Source of the DNA: an uncultured Planctomycetia bacterium
GTDB lineage: Bacteria > Omnitrophota > Gorgyraeia > VGKH01 > JBHPFN01
Direction: 5' to 3'
Length of the DNA stretch: 64,000 bases
NCBI GenBank assembly: GCA_964406665.1
Contig: CAYOSQ010000006.1
Coordinates: 23,577 to 87,576 of the forward strand
Within the stretch, counting starts at the first letter, position 1; every line of letters starts with the position of its first letter. Below the pieces are notes generated by a model, which did not search any database, was not told the origin of the DNA, and was given only the letters and a program-made list of their open reading frames with translations. Below, piece by piece: positions 1 to 10,074 of this stretch. A program made the position numbers and the translations under genes.

Positions 1-179
1 ATCTTTCTCGGTTAGATTTTTTAGTGCGTAAAGAGATATTCTTAAAGCTGAAATTAAATTTCTTTGTGCTAAAAGCAGTTACTAGAAGAGATCTTTTTGA
101 ACTCTTTAGAAAAAAGATAGATTTTTCTTGGAATAAAGTAAGTTTTTTCAACTCAAATAAAAGGTGGGATAGGTTATTA

Positions 180-476
180 TTATTCTAAAGCTTTCTTGTA
201 AGCTTCCGTAATGCTATATATTCCCATTAGACAGGCAATAATTATTCCCATAAACAAAAGCCCGATACCCAAAGCAAGCTGCACAATAGAATAAGCTTTA
301 TACAAAAGCCAATGACAAGAGAATATTCCTCCCACAGTAATAAAAACCATGGATACTGCAGAAACAACCATTACCTTAAGCCCTTTAGCTATTTCTCCTA
401 CATAAAGCTGTCCTAAGCCGTTAAATAAAAAAGAGAGTACTGCAGCAATGCCGGCACGATGTTTAATATCATCCAT
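180..476 (-). CDS. small integral membrane protein (hypothetical)
   Basis: 98-aa ORF, three predicted hydrophobic helices; stop abuts rmuC start (476). Confidence 0.4.
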   Translation of the reverse strand: MDDIKHRAGIAAVLSFLFNGLGQLYVGEIAKGLKVMVVSAVSMVFITVGGIFSCHWLLYKAYSIVQLALGIGLLFMGIIIACLMGIYSITEAYKKALE

Positions 477-1459
477 TAGTTATCACTTCCTTTCTCAGAA
501 GAAATTTTAAGGTTCTGAACACTGTGTAGCCTTTCGCTGAAACGCTCTAATCTCCTATCTGAGTCTTCATATCTATCGCGAGCATTCTTAAGATGGCTTC
601 CCAAAACCCTAAAATCTTCCCTAAAATTACTCATATCTTCTTTAAGTCGGGATAAATTAGCCAGCACATCTTTAATATTGTCTCGGATAATCTGTCCCTG
701 CAATCCTCTCCATATAACAAACAAATAAGGATAAAAAGTATTGGGAGAAACAGGAATTACTTTTTTAGAAAGCGCAAAAGACCAAACTGATTCATTCTTT
801 ATTATTTCATAATAGATTGATTCAGAAGGTATATACATAAGGGCAAAATCAAAAGTTCCCTCATCAGGCAAAATATATTTTGTAGCGATATCATTAACTT
901 TATTTTTTACACTGGTAGTAAAATCTCGAGTGTTGGCCTTTTTCTCCTGATCGTTTTTTGAATCGACTAAACGCTGAAAACTCTCTAGGGGAAACTTGGC
1001 ATCTATGGGTACTATATTTTTACCCAGCCTAATTATAGCATCAACTTTCTGCCCATTCTTAAACGCATGCTGAAAATCATAAAATTCCTTCCTCTGAGCA
1101 AAAACTTGAGTAATTATGTTTTCAAGAAGTGTTTCTCCTATTCCCCCTCTCATCTGAGGTGGCTTAAGCATATCCTGCAAGCTGGATAGATCTTTTATTT
1201 TTTCGTTAATCTGCCTATATGCCTCCTCGACAACGCCTAAGCTTTTTTTCACATCGCCCATTACCCCGGTTGTCTTAAAAAGCTGCTCTCCAACAGTTTT
1301 ATCCGTCTGCCTTAAAGCATCTGCAGTATCCTGCAAGCGCTGATTTAGTTCAGAGCGTAAGGCATTATTCTGGCTGTTCATATCAGAAGAAATCTTCATA
1401 ATAAAAGCTACTACAATCCCTGTTGTAATCAATAAAACTGCAAGAACAATCCACATCAT
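476..1459 (-). CDS. rmuC: DNA recombination protein RmuC
   Basis: 327 aa; N-terminal TM helix, long coiled-coil region, C-terminal RmuC-type domain (FDFALMYIPSESIYYEII). Confidence 0.7.
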   Translation of the reverse strand: MMWIVLAVLLITTGIVVAFIMKISSDMNSQNNALRSELNQRLQDTADALRQTDKTVGEQLFKTTGVMGDVKKSLGVVEEAYRQINEKIKDLSSLQDMLKPPQMRGGIGETLLENIITQVFAQRKEFYDFQHAFKNGQKVDAIIRLGKNIVPIDAKFPLESFQRLVDSKNDQEKKANTRDFTTSVKNKVNDIATKYILPDEGTFDFALMYIPSESIYYEIIKNESVWSFALSKKVIPVSPNTFYPYLFVIWRGLQGQIIRDNIKDVLANLSRLKEDMSNFREDFRVLGSHLKNARDRYEDSDRRLERFSERLHSVQNLKISSEKGSDN

Positions 1460-1475
1460 TATATTTATCTCCTAA

Positions 1476-1883
1476 TTAATTCTTTTCGAGCATCTCGATT
1501 ATTTTTCTGATTCTTTCTGCGCTTTGCTGCTTTAAGATATCCCTAACAAAATCAGAAGTTTTAATTGCATCGTCAGAGGACATATAATCAAACTGCATTC
1601 CAGTAGAATAATATTTCTTCCTGCTCTGGGGAACATAGGGGCATTCCGCCTGCCAGATAATCTTGGCAGTGGCCAAAACTGGATCTTCGCTTTGAGGTGT
1701 AAATATATGAAGCTCTAGCTTTTCCCCTTTTTCAACCTTATCAGGCATAATTATATTTATACCTGTGGAGCTTACGTTTTTTGAATATGCCAGACCCTCA
1801 CCAGATACCCCGCCGACTCTTTTATATGTTACCTTAACAACTGTATTTGCCCTTAAAAGTTTTCTAAATTCAAAAGTCGGCAT
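1476..1883 (-). CDS. PilZ domain protein (putative c-di-GMP receptor)
   Basis: 135 aa; RxxxR (RKLLR) and (D/N)xSxxG (NVSSTG) PilZ signature motifs. Confidence 0.65.
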   Translation of the reverse strand: MPTFEFRKLLRANTVVKVTYKRVGGVSGEGLAYSKNVSSTGINIIMPDKVEKGEKLELHIFTPQSEDPVLATAKIIWQAECPYVPQSRKKYYSTGMQFDYMSSDDAIKTSDFVRDILKQQSAERIRKIIEMLEKN

Positions 1884-1957
1884 AACTATTCTCCTTAACT
1901 TTTATTCTGACTGACTTAATATATTATAAAGCTGCAACTCTAAACATCAAAGACTTT

Positions 1958-3142
1958 TTATTTAGTCTTTAAAGCTTTAAGAACTTTTTTATCAAGTCCA
2001 AAAGAAGAGGTTTGCCAGGAATTAACCATTTTATGTTTATACTGTTTCCACAAAGACGCATAATTATCCCAGCCATAAAATGGACCTGATCTATTTACCC
2101 AGGGAGGATTTTGATAATAATGATACAGTCCATCTGGTAAAACTGAATTTTTGATGGCCTTATAAGTCCAATAGGTTCTATGAAAATCTAATTCATTAAA
2201 TATTGAAACTAGATCTTTGAGATAATCCATCTCGCCAAAGAAATTCTCCCGAGAATTAACACCAAACTCCCCAACTAATATCGGCGCGCCTAGATCCTTA
2301 GAGATACCCGAATAGTCTTTAAGGCATCTCTTATAATCAGTCATTCTCCAACCATCACTTACCCTACCAGATGAATATTGCATACCGGGAACAAGATTAA
2401 AAGCAAAATCTATAGGTTGATATGCATGAATGCTGAAAGCAATATTATCATGTTTTGGCCTTTTTAAATTCTTTAAATCCTGAGACCAATTTCCCGGCTC
2501 TAAAAATAGAATATGATTCTTATCTATTTTGCGGATTTCCCCGGTTATTTCTTTGTAGAAATTATTTAAAGTACAATTATCTGTTATTGGCTCATTTACA
2601 ATATCGTAACCGGCAATTGAACCTTCATCCTTAAAAATATTAGCTAAATATCGCCACAGTTCTATAGTTCTTTTTATATTCGCTTTACTTCTCCAAAGAA
2701 ACGCCCCGCCCTTACTGTCTGAATGCCAATCAGAATTCTGACTGCCTGCCGTAGCATGCAAATCTAATATAACCCAAATTTTATTGCGCTTAGCCCAAGA
2801 AACTGCTTTTTTAAAATATGCTAATCCTTTTTTACTGTAACTATAAGGTTTATTTTCTATAAGCCTGTGGTTGAAGGGAAGTCTTACACAATTAAAACCT
2901 AAGGAAGCAATATTTTTAAAATCGGATTCGGTTATGAAACTACTTCTGAAGCGATTTTCAAAATCTTTTAGTGCAGCAATCCCTAATGTTTTTTTAAAAT
3001 TTTCTTTAAATATTTGTTCAGCGATATTAGGCGAATGGAGGATATACCCTTCCATCATAAGCCATCCGCCTAAGTTAAAACCCTTAAGCAAAACCTGCTT
3101 ACCGCTTTTGTTAACAATCTTGCTATTTTTTATACTTAACAT
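1958..3142 (-). CDS. glycoside hydrolase family 5 (cellulase-like)
   Basis: 394 aa; GH5 hallmarks: GFNCVRLPF, acid/base NEP (IVNEPITDN) and nucleophile GEFG (LVGEFGVN). No obvious signal peptide. Confidence 0.75.
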   Translation of the reverse strand: MLSIKNSKIVNKSGKQVLLKGFNLGGWLMMEGYILHSPNIAEQIFKENFKKTLGIAALKDFENRFRSSFITESDFKNIASLGFNCVRLPFNHRLIENKPYSYSKKGLAYFKKAVSWAKRNKIWVILDLHATAGSQNSDWHSDSKGGAFLWRSKANIKRTIELWRYLANIFKDEGSIAGYDIVNEPITDNCTLNNFYKEITGEIRKIDKNHILFLEPGNWSQDLKNLKRPKHDNIAFSIHAYQPIDFAFNLVPGMQYSSGRVSDGWRMTDYKRCLKDYSGISKDLGAPILVGEFGVNSRENFFGEMDYLKDLVSIFNELDFHRTYWTYKAIKNSVLPDGLYHYYQNPPWVNRSGPFYGWDNYASLWKQYKHKMVNSWQTSSFGLDKKVLKALKTK

Positions 3143-3708
3143 TACTTGTTAAATGTTTCTGGTATATCTTTTTCGGAAGTTACAGGTCTTTCAATAGCCT
3201 CTTTTATATTGCGCACCATCCATTTCAAAGACAAAAATAACACCATTGTAGCAAGCCCACTAGAAATAAGCTCTCCCACCAACCCACTCGATAAAATTAT
3301 CAATCCCGGCGCATAAAGCTTCATTTTTTTATCTGGTAAATTAACATTGATAAATTTTATTACCTCGGAAGGCCATTTAAAAATCCAATAGATATTATAA
3401 AACGGTAAAAAATGAAATCCTACAGCCCTACCTGGTACTATGGGATAAGTAGAATCGGTTTTTTCACGCAGTACTGCATGAATTTTAAATATACTAACTA
3501 ACCAATATATATATGCTCCAATCGAGGCAATAAAAAATGGTATTTGTATGTTAAGTGGAATCTGGATCTCTTCTTCTGCTAAAGCTTCAGGCGGCAACGT
3601 GAATATTACTGCTAATTCAATAACAACTATTAAAATTGATAAGAAATATCCGATCTGCAACTTTGGCAATGATGCCGGTTTCTGCTGCTTAATTGTTCCT
3701 TCTGTCAT
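3142..3708 (-). CDS. hypothetical membrane protein
   Basis: 188 aa, multiple hydrophobic segments; no recognised motif. Confidence 0.4.
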   Translation of the reverse strand: MTEGTIKQQKPASLPKLQIGYFLSILIVVIELAVIFTLPPEALAEEEIQIPLNIQIPFFIASIGAYIYWLVSIFKIHAVLREKTDSTYPIVPGRAVGFHFLPFYNIYWIFKWPSEVIKFINVNLPDKKMKLYAPGLIILSSGLVGELISSGLATMVLFLSLKWMVRNIKEAIERPVTSEKDIPETFNK

Positions 3709-3712
3709 AATA

Positions 3713-4339
3713 TTACCTCCTTTTTATTTTATAAACTTCATCTCCGGTTACAATAGAATCATTCCAATTAATTACCTCAGGAGATTTTGTCAAAGCTAGG
3801 TTTTCCCCAGATAAAATAATCGCAAGAGAAACAGCAATCCTGCGGTCTAAATTTCTTTTTTTATCTCCTGATAAATCCATTATATAAAATAATGCTGTTT
3901 TTTTACCCCTGTAGAATGAACCAACTCTTTTATTCTCCATAATAACATCAATATGTTTATATGCATGATTGATGCTATCTGGTTGAACAAAACAAATTTG
4001 ATTTTTTGAAGAATTTCTCACTGTTAAATTTATTGAAAAAACTGGCTGCTTCTCGCATTCAATATAGGCAAATGGGGCATGTGACCTATCTGTAATAACA
4101 TAATTATGATTAACTGACATCAACCCTCTTTTTGCTTTCCAATCAATCTGTAAAATCGGAACGCTGGATAACTGAGAGTCAAAAACCATTATTTTATTCT
4201 TAGCGAAAGGCTTCTGGGCAAAAAGGAGCAACTCTCCTGCTTCGCTTGTAACAACAACCTTGGAGGGAAATTTTTTTCTAATATAATACTTATCCAATGA
4301 AAATTTATCAGCGATCATAATATTTTTATATTGTACCAC
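3713..4339 (-). CDS. hypothetical protein
   Basis: 208-aa ORF in operon-like arrangement with neighbours; no recognised motif. Confidence 0.4.
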   Translation of the reverse strand: MVQYKNIMIADKFSLDKYYIRKKFPSKVVVTSEAGELLLFAQKPFAKNKIMVFDSQLSSVPILQIDWKAKRGLMSVNHNYVITDRSHAPFAYIECEKQPVFSINLTVRNSSKNQICFVQPDSINHAYKHIDVIMENKRVGSFYRGKKTALFYIMDLSGDKKRNLDRRIAVSLAIILSGENLALTKSPEVINWNDSIVTGDEVYKIKRR

Positions 4340-4360
4340 ATAACGAATAAGCCAAACAAA

Positions 4361-5107
4361 CTATAGCAAATAATCTTTTTTGATTCTTTTTGAACTTCTA
4401 AATATATTCTTTTTTACCTGTGGACACTGTTGGGACAATTCTTTAATAATCTTCTCAACCACAACACGCTTTGAATCAATTGCATTCTGACATGTACATG
4501 TTTTATAAGGAAAATCGTCTACCGATTTCACAAAATTTGATATCTCTTTTTCCTCAACATAGGCAAGCGGTCGAATAATGGTTATATCGCCGTCAAATAA
4601 TTCCTGCTTTGGTTTCATAGCGCTTATCTGTCCCTGATAAAAAAGATTAAGCAATACTGTCTCTACAATATCATCTAGGTGATGGCCTAAAGCCACCTTG
4701 TTACAACCATTTTTACGGGCAAGTTGAAACAATACTTTGCGTCTATTCCAAGAACACCAAAAACAATTATTATTTTTTCCTGGTTTTCCTTTTGGCAGTT
4801 TGACTTTCTTAATGCAAAATTTAACTCCGAGATTTTTGCAGAATTTTTCTAAAGCTTTCGATTGTATCTTACAATTACCAAAATCTATATATACCGCTAG
4901 AATATCATATTTTATTGGGACAAAACTCTGGCGATATTTAAGCAATTTAAGAAGCGTTAGGCTGTCTTTACCTCCTGAAACTGCTACAATAATCTTATCT
5001 CCATTTTTAAGCAAATGATAATCAGCAATTGCCCTACCGGCTTTTTTAGAGATAAACTGCATCAACTTATCGGCGCTTTTTTGTCTTTCACTTTTTTTAG
5101 CAACCAT
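4361..5107 (-). CDS. ttcA: tRNA 2-thiocytidine(32) synthetase TtcA (PP-loop ATPase)
   Basis: 248 aa; PP-loop SGGKDS, CFWCSW and HHLDD motifs typical of the TtcA family. Confidence 0.75.
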   Translation of the reverse strand: MVAKKSERQKSADKLMQFISKKAGRAIADYHLLKNGDKIIVAVSGGKDSLTLLKLLKYRQSFVPIKYDILAVYIDFGNCKIQSKALEKFCKNLGVKFCIKKVKLPKGKPGKNNNCFWCSWNRRKVLFQLARKNGCNKVALGHHLDDIVETVLLNLFYQGQISAMKPKQELFDGDITIIRPLAYVEEKEISNFVKSVDDFPYKTCTCQNAIDSKRVVVEKIIKELSQQCPQVKKNIFRSSKRIKKDYLL

Positions 5108-5109
5108 AT

Positions 5110-7842
5110 TTATTCGTAAAAAAGCTCCTCTACTCTTGCCTCAAGTGCAGTAGCAATACATTGATAACTGTCGGTCTCCCCCATTGCCTTTCCTTCTTGT
5201 ATGAGCTCATCGACTTCAACAGCATTACCAAATGCTACTTTGATTGGGTGTAGCCGAGGAAACCGCCTGGTTCTCGGCCAAGATTGAAATGTACCCATAA
5301 TTGCCGCAGGAATAATTTTTACCTTCTCTTTTGACCTATTTCCCTCTGTAGGAATTTCTAATTCTTTGGCCAGTATGCCTACACCCTTTTTAAACTCTGT
5401 AGGCTTACCTTCATAAGAGCGCAGACCCTCGGGGAAAATGCAAAGCATCTTATTATTATGTAAAATATAACTTGATACCTGCAATGTATTCATAAGTTCT
5501 TTTGTGGAATCAATAGCAATAAGCCTAGCCATTTTTAAACACCATTTAAATAGTCGATGTTCAAATATATTCTTATCACCCAAAAAATATAAATTGGTTA
5601 ACGTCTTAAATGGAACAGAGCACCCAATCACAAATCCATCAAGATAACTTGCATGATTAGGACAAATAATATAAGCGCCTTTATGGGGAATATTCTCTTG
5701 GCCGGATATTTTAAATCTGAAGAAAATTCTGAAAAATAACAACAAAAATCTGGAAGCAATATAGGAGAAAAACTTATTTGCTTTATTCGGTGAAAGGTTT
5801 ATTTTTTGTCTTGCTTCTTCAGGAGGCTCAACTTTTAAAAAATCCTTCCAAGAAAATTTTTCTTTTTTATCTTCTTTAACCGACTTACCAGAAAATAATA
5901 TCTCATTTAATTTTATTATCAACTCCTTAACAGTAAATACTTCACTAATTGTTGCCTCCGGGATACTGATATTAAACATAATTTCTAAACCAACAGCAAG
6001 TTCTGCCCTGGCAAGCGAATCTAGACCTAAATCTAATTCTAGATGATCACTAAGTCTAATTTTCTCAATTGAAGTATTTTCTTTTAAAAATTCAATCGTC
6101 TTTTTTCCAACTTCAGTATTTAATAATTCAATGTCCTCCTGAGAAATATCTTGTTTAGCGTCTTTTTTATCTTTTTTGCTGGAAAACTTCTCTTCATAAT
6201 GATTTCTTATTTCATAACGTTTTAATTTACCTAAGCGGGTTTTGGGAAATTCGTCTGTGGCTACAATAAAATCGGTTATGCGTTTATAAGACGGCAATTT
6301 TGAAGAAAGATTCTCCAACTCCCATTTTATCTTTCGATTAATATTTGCATCTTTAACCTTTTTGAAATATTCAAAATCAGGAACAACTACAGCTGCTAGC
6401 ACATCATTTCCCTGGGGATTTTTTATAGTGAGTATACATATTTCCTTGATAAAGCTACTCTCTTTGAAATAAGTTTCAATTTCTTCAGGATAAATATTTT
6501 TACCTGAGCTCAATACGAGCATTTCCTTAATTCTGCCTGTAATAAATAGAAATCCGTCTTTGTCGATATGACCACTGTCTCCTGTATAGAACCAGTCGTC
6601 TTTTATGACTTTTTCTGTCTGCTCTGTATTTTTATAATATCCCGGCATAACATTATTACCCTTTATAAGAATCTCGCCGTTTTCTTCAGTTTTAATTTCT
6701 ACGCCAGAAATTGCTCTACCAGCTGAGCCGATCTTGTATTTTAAAGGAATATTAAAAGTAGCAACCGGTGCTGTCTCAGTAAGACCATAACCTTCTAATA
6801 TAGTGAAGCCTAATCTGAATAAATCTTCAGCAACTTTGCTGTTAAGTTTCGCACCTCCGCTTACAAAATACTTTAACTTTCCCCCGAACTGCTTATGCAG
6901 TGATCCCAACATTATCCTTGCAAGATTAATATTTGATAAACGCCTCAATATCCAAAAAGTGTTCAGCAATAACTCCAGCAATTTCCTAAATATAAATGGA
7001 ATGGCTTTTAATTTAGCAAATATAGATTTGTGAAACATATTAAATAACTCAGGTACTCCCATAAATACGGTAACACCGTTCTTCCTTAAGCAATCCATTA
7101 AATCGTCACTTTTTATACTTTTAGGATATGCAACCTTTGCACCAAGAAATAGTGGGAAAAGTAGTGTTGCGGTAAATGCAAAAACATGATGCAGTGGTAA
7201 TATTGATATAAAACAATCTCCCTTAAAGCAAAATTGAAGATTTTCCAGACTTGAATAATTCGAGGAGAAATTTTTGTGTGTTAGCATTACCCCTTTAGGC
7301 TTATCAGTTGTTCCCGATGTATAAATTATCGAGGCGATATCTTCCTCGGACATACGAGGGAAATCTCTGTGATGATTTACATTAGAAGTAGTATCGGCAA
7401 ATGCAACAAAAGGAGAACCGCATTTCTCTTGGTTTAATAATACGACTTTCTTAATTTGTTTTAATCCAGAAAGGTTTTTTTCAAAGAATGACTTTAGTTC
7501 ACTCGGAGCAAAAGCAATTATGGCTTGTGAATCTTTTATAATATTACAAATTTCTAATTCGGAAAGCTTAGGGTCAATCGGCACAACTGTAGCCCCGGAA
7601 AACATAATTCCGAAATATATCATAGGCCATTGTGGACAGTTCTCTAGAATAAGTGCAACTTTATCCTGTTTCTTTACCCCAGACTCGCAAAGCCAAGAAC
7701 CAATATTTCCTGATAATTTCAAGATCTGTGCAAAAGTAAAACTTTGATTGCTCAACATATCCACAAAAGCAGTTTGATCGGCATAATGAGCACATATTTC
7801 TGTAAGCTTATCGTGTAATAAGAAACTCTCGGACATAATCAA
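5110..7842 (-). CDS. tri-domain acyl-activating enzyme: AMP-dependent synthetase/ligase + carrier-protein domain + lysophospholipid acyltransferase (Aas-like)
   Basis: 910 aa; AMP-binding motifs YTSGTTDKPKGV and TGDSGHIDKDGFLFITGR; carrier-domain serine motif LGLDSLARAEL; LPLAT motifs NHASYLD and FPEGLR at the C-terminus. Confidence 0.8.
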   Translation of the reverse strand: MIMSESFLLHDKLTEICAHYADQTAFVDMLSNQSFTFAQILKLSGNIGSWLCESGVKKQDKVALILENCPQWPMIYFGIMFSGATVVPIDPKLSELEICNIIKDSQAIIAFAPSELKSFFEKNLSGLKQIKKVVLLNQEKCGSPFVAFADTTSNVNHHRDFPRMSEEDIASIIYTSGTTDKPKGVMLTHKNFSSNYSSLENLQFCFKGDCFISILPLHHVFAFTATLLFPLFLGAKVAYPKSIKSDDLMDCLRKNGVTVFMGVPELFNMFHKSIFAKLKAIPFIFRKLLELLLNTFWILRRLSNINLARIMLGSLHKQFGGKLKYFVSGGAKLNSKVAEDLFRLGFTILEGYGLTETAPVATFNIPLKYKIGSAGRAISGVEIKTEENGEILIKGNNVMPGYYKNTEQTEKVIKDDWFYTGDSGHIDKDGFLFITGRIKEMLVLSSGKNIYPEEIETYFKESSFIKEICILTIKNPQGNDVLAAVVVPDFEYFKKVKDANINRKIKWELENLSSKLPSYKRITDFIVATDEFPKTRLGKLKRYEIRNHYEEKFSSKKDKKDAKQDISQEDIELLNTEVGKKTIEFLKENTSIEKIRLSDHLELDLGLDSLARAELAVGLEIMFNISIPEATISEVFTVKELIIKLNEILFSGKSVKEDKKEKFSWKDFLKVEPPEEARQKINLSPNKANKFFSYIASRFLLLFFRIFFRFKISGQENIPHKGAYIICPNHASYLDGFVIGCSVPFKTLTNLYFLGDKNIFEHRLFKWCLKMARLIAIDSTKELMNTLQVSSYILHNNKMLCIFPEGLRSYEGKPTEFKKGVGILAKELEIPTEGNRSKEKVKIIPAAIMGTFQSWPRTRRFPRLHPIKVAFGNAVEVDELIQEGKAMGETDSYQCIATALEARVEELFYE

Positions 7843-7859
7843 ACCTCAATTAAATATTC

Positions 7860-8792
7860 TCAAACAAACTCCCTACATTTTATACGCTTATTAAAAATAT
7901 CTCTGCAGCGCTTACATAAAGTTAGTTTATGAAATACATGTATGTCCTCTTCTAATTCCTTAGGATCCATGTTTTTCATCTGCTTAACAAGCTTATTTAT
8001 TTCCTTTTTAGATTCTTTTCGATATTCTTCTTTATCAATTTCAACTTCGGGAGACGCGTAAAGTTCAACTTTCAAAATATATCTCGAATGAGGCTTGCTT
8101 AAATCTTCTGAGCAAGAATCACATGCATATTTAATACTTTTGTTAAACGTACTTAAAGGACACTTGTGACATTTTGGGGTTTTTTTGCAGAAATCCTTGG
8201 CTAAGCGAACAATTAACGCATGATATTCATTAAATAATTTTGTATCACACGATAGGTTATCCATAAAAATATTTTGTATCTCCGAATATGTTGCAGTCTC
8301 ATCAACAATATTGTGTCGTGATAAAATTCTTCTAGTATATGCATCAATAACAAAAATCGGCTTCAGCCCTGCATAGAGAAGTATAGAATCAGCTGTTTCC
8401 ATTCCTATACCGCGCACATCCAGTAATTCTGCTCTTAGCTGCAGACAATCAGCCTTAAACATCTTTTTTAAACTGCCTCCATAATTTCTAAAGAGGAAGT
8501 TTACAAAATCCTTAATTCGTCTAGCTTTAATATTATAATATCCGGCAGGTTTGATCAACTGAGCTAAGCGCTTTAGAGGGATTTCTTTGATTTTATTAGG
8601 GCTAAGTAATTTGCTTTTATTCAAATTTGCTATTGCCTTCTCTACATTACTCCAAGCAGTATTCTGAGTAAGAATTGCTCCCACAATCATTTCAAAAGGT
8701 GTTTTGGCAGGCCACCATTTTTGTGGGCCAAACTGCACATAAAGCTTATCATAAATTGCTTCTAAAATATCCTTAGTCTGGATAGACTTCAT
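7860..8792 (-). CDS. endonuclease III-like HhH-GPD base-excision DNA glycosylase with C-terminal Cys-rich extension
   Basis: 310 aa; HhH-GPD region (IVGAILTQNTAWSNVEKA ... LLDVRGIGMETADSILLY), Cys cluster CKKTPKCHKCP, plus an extra Cys-rich C-terminal tail. Confidence 0.7.
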   Translation of the reverse strand: MKSIQTKDILEAIYDKLYVQFGPQKWWPAKTPFEMIVGAILTQNTAWSNVEKAIANLNKSKLLSPNKIKEIPLKRLAQLIKPAGYYNIKARRIKDFVNFLFRNYGGSLKKMFKADCLQLRAELLDVRGIGMETADSILLYAGLKPIFVIDAYTRRILSRHNIVDETATYSEIQNIFMDNLSCDTKLFNEYHALIVRLAKDFCKKTPKCHKCPLSTFNKSIKYACDSCSEDLSKPHSRYILKVELYASPEVEIDKEEYRKESKKEINKLVKQMKNMDPKELEEDIHVFHKLTLCKRCRDIFNKRIKCREFV

Positions 8793-8932
8793 CTGCGGCC
8801 TAATCTTCTTTTTGAGCGTAGCTGTTCCTCGTAAAGTTCACCGGCACTCCAATCTTTATCCTTCTTCTTTTTTTCAGATAAGAAAACCTTACGTGGGTCA
8901 ATTTTGTATTTAGGTTTTTTATTCGGTCGCAT
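8789..8932 (-). CDS. small basic protein (47 aa, hypothetical), candidate unannotated gene
   Basis: ATG at 8932 preceded by GGAAGGAG RBS at about 8-nt spacing; stop TGA overlaps the ATG of the downstream glycosylase gene (ATGA). Below the ORF-track size cutoff. Confidence 0.35.
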   Translation of the reverse strand: MRPNKKPKYKIDPRKVFLSEKKKKDKDWSAGELYEEQLRSKRRLGRR

Positions 8933-8947
8933 AACTATTGCTCCTTC

Positions 8948-9238
8948 CTATTCAAACTTATAGACTTTTCTTATTGTCTCTTTAATTTCCCAGGTACACT
9001 TTAATCCCTTAGGAAATGTAACCAGGTCACCTTTTTCAATTTCAACTTCTTGGGATGGAGTTCTAACCTTAACCTTCCCTTCAAACAAATAGGCTACCTC
9101 GGTATCCGAATATTGCCAATCAAATACAGACGGTTCACATTCCCATACACTCCATTGGCCGCTGGAGCGAAGAGAATTAGGAATATTTAATTCTTTAATC
9201 TGTTCAAGGCTTATCTTTTCAACTTTTATCTCACTCAT
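8948..9238 (-). CDS. cupin domain protein
   Basis: 96 aa; small beta-barrel cupin-like sequence pattern (GKVKV...GDLVTFPKG). Confidence 0.5.
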   Translation of the reverse strand: MSEIKVEKISLEQIKELNIPNSLRSSGQWSVWECEPSVFDWQYSDTEVAYLFEGKVKVRTPSQEVEIEKGDLVTFPKGLKCTWEIKETIRKVYKFE

Positions 9239-9258
9239 AACTAACCTCCAAATAACTT

Positions 9259-10065
9259 CTATAATAAATTTAAACTTAACAGGTAAACTTTCAGTTTCTC
9301 TAAAACTACATTCCTACATTCAATAAATCCTGTATTGTGTCCTCCGGTTATCCGGAATAAATCTTTTGGCTCAACTGCAGCATTAAATAATTTTTCACCT
9401 AAAACAAAGGGAACAATCTCGTCATTTTCACTATGGATAAAAAGCTTAGGAATCCTTAATTCTTTCACTTTGCTTTCAGAATCAAACTTACTTATGAAAA
9501 CAAAGGGAGGAAGAAACGGATAGATTATTCTACCCATCTCTCTTGCAGAGGTAAATGTAGAATCAACGATAAGAGAAGCAACATCTCTGTTTGTAGCTAA
9601 GTCTATTGCTGCTGCTCCACCTAAAGACTCTCCGTAAGCGATAATTTTGTCTTTATCAATATCATCGCGTGAAATCAAATAATCATAAGCTGCCCTGATA
9701 TCTTTATACACACCCTCTTCTGTTGGACGGCCAGTACTTTTTCCGTAGCCACGATAATCGAATATAAATGTATTTACTCCTAGCTGATAAAACATGGCTA
9801 TCTTCTCTAATCTATGACTTATATTTCCTCCGTTGCCATGAGCAAAAATAAATGTAGCCTTAGCCCCAGGGCTTTTTATAAGCCAGCCGTTTAATTTAGC
9901 GCCGTCTTCAGTTTTAAAAAATATATCTTCGAATTTTAAATCGATTAATGCAGGGGTAGTGATTACTTCTCTCATGGGGATAAAAATACTGCGTAGCTCT
10001 ACATATCTAATGTAAAAAAAAGCTAAGACAACAAATACGATTATTGATACGAATGTCTTTAGCAT
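9259..10065 (-). CDS. alpha/beta hydrolase
   Basis: 268 aa; N-terminal TM anchor, oxyanion HGNGGN, nucleophile elbow GESLGG, C-terminal D/H residues. Confidence 0.7.
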   Translation of the reverse strand: MLKTFVSIIVFVVLAFFYIRYVELRSIFIPMREVITTPALIDLKFEDIFFKTEDGAKLNGWLIKSPGAKATFIFAHGNGGNISHRLEKIAMFYQLGVNTFIFDYRGYGKSTGRPTEEGVYKDIRAAYDYLISRDDIDKDKIIAYGESLGGAAAIDLATNRDVASLIVDSTFTSAREMGRIIYPFLPPFVFISKFDSESKVKELRIPKLFIHSENDEIVPFVLGEKLFNAAVEPKDLFRITGGHNTGFIECRNVVLEKLKVYLLSLNLL

Positions 10066-10074
10066 TGTATAGCT

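Noticed and set aside
1938-1960. Hairpin aaagact...agtcttt at the GH5 gene 3' end as a terminator
   Set aside because: AT-rich 7-bp stem overlapping the stop codon with no clear U-tract on the minus strand.
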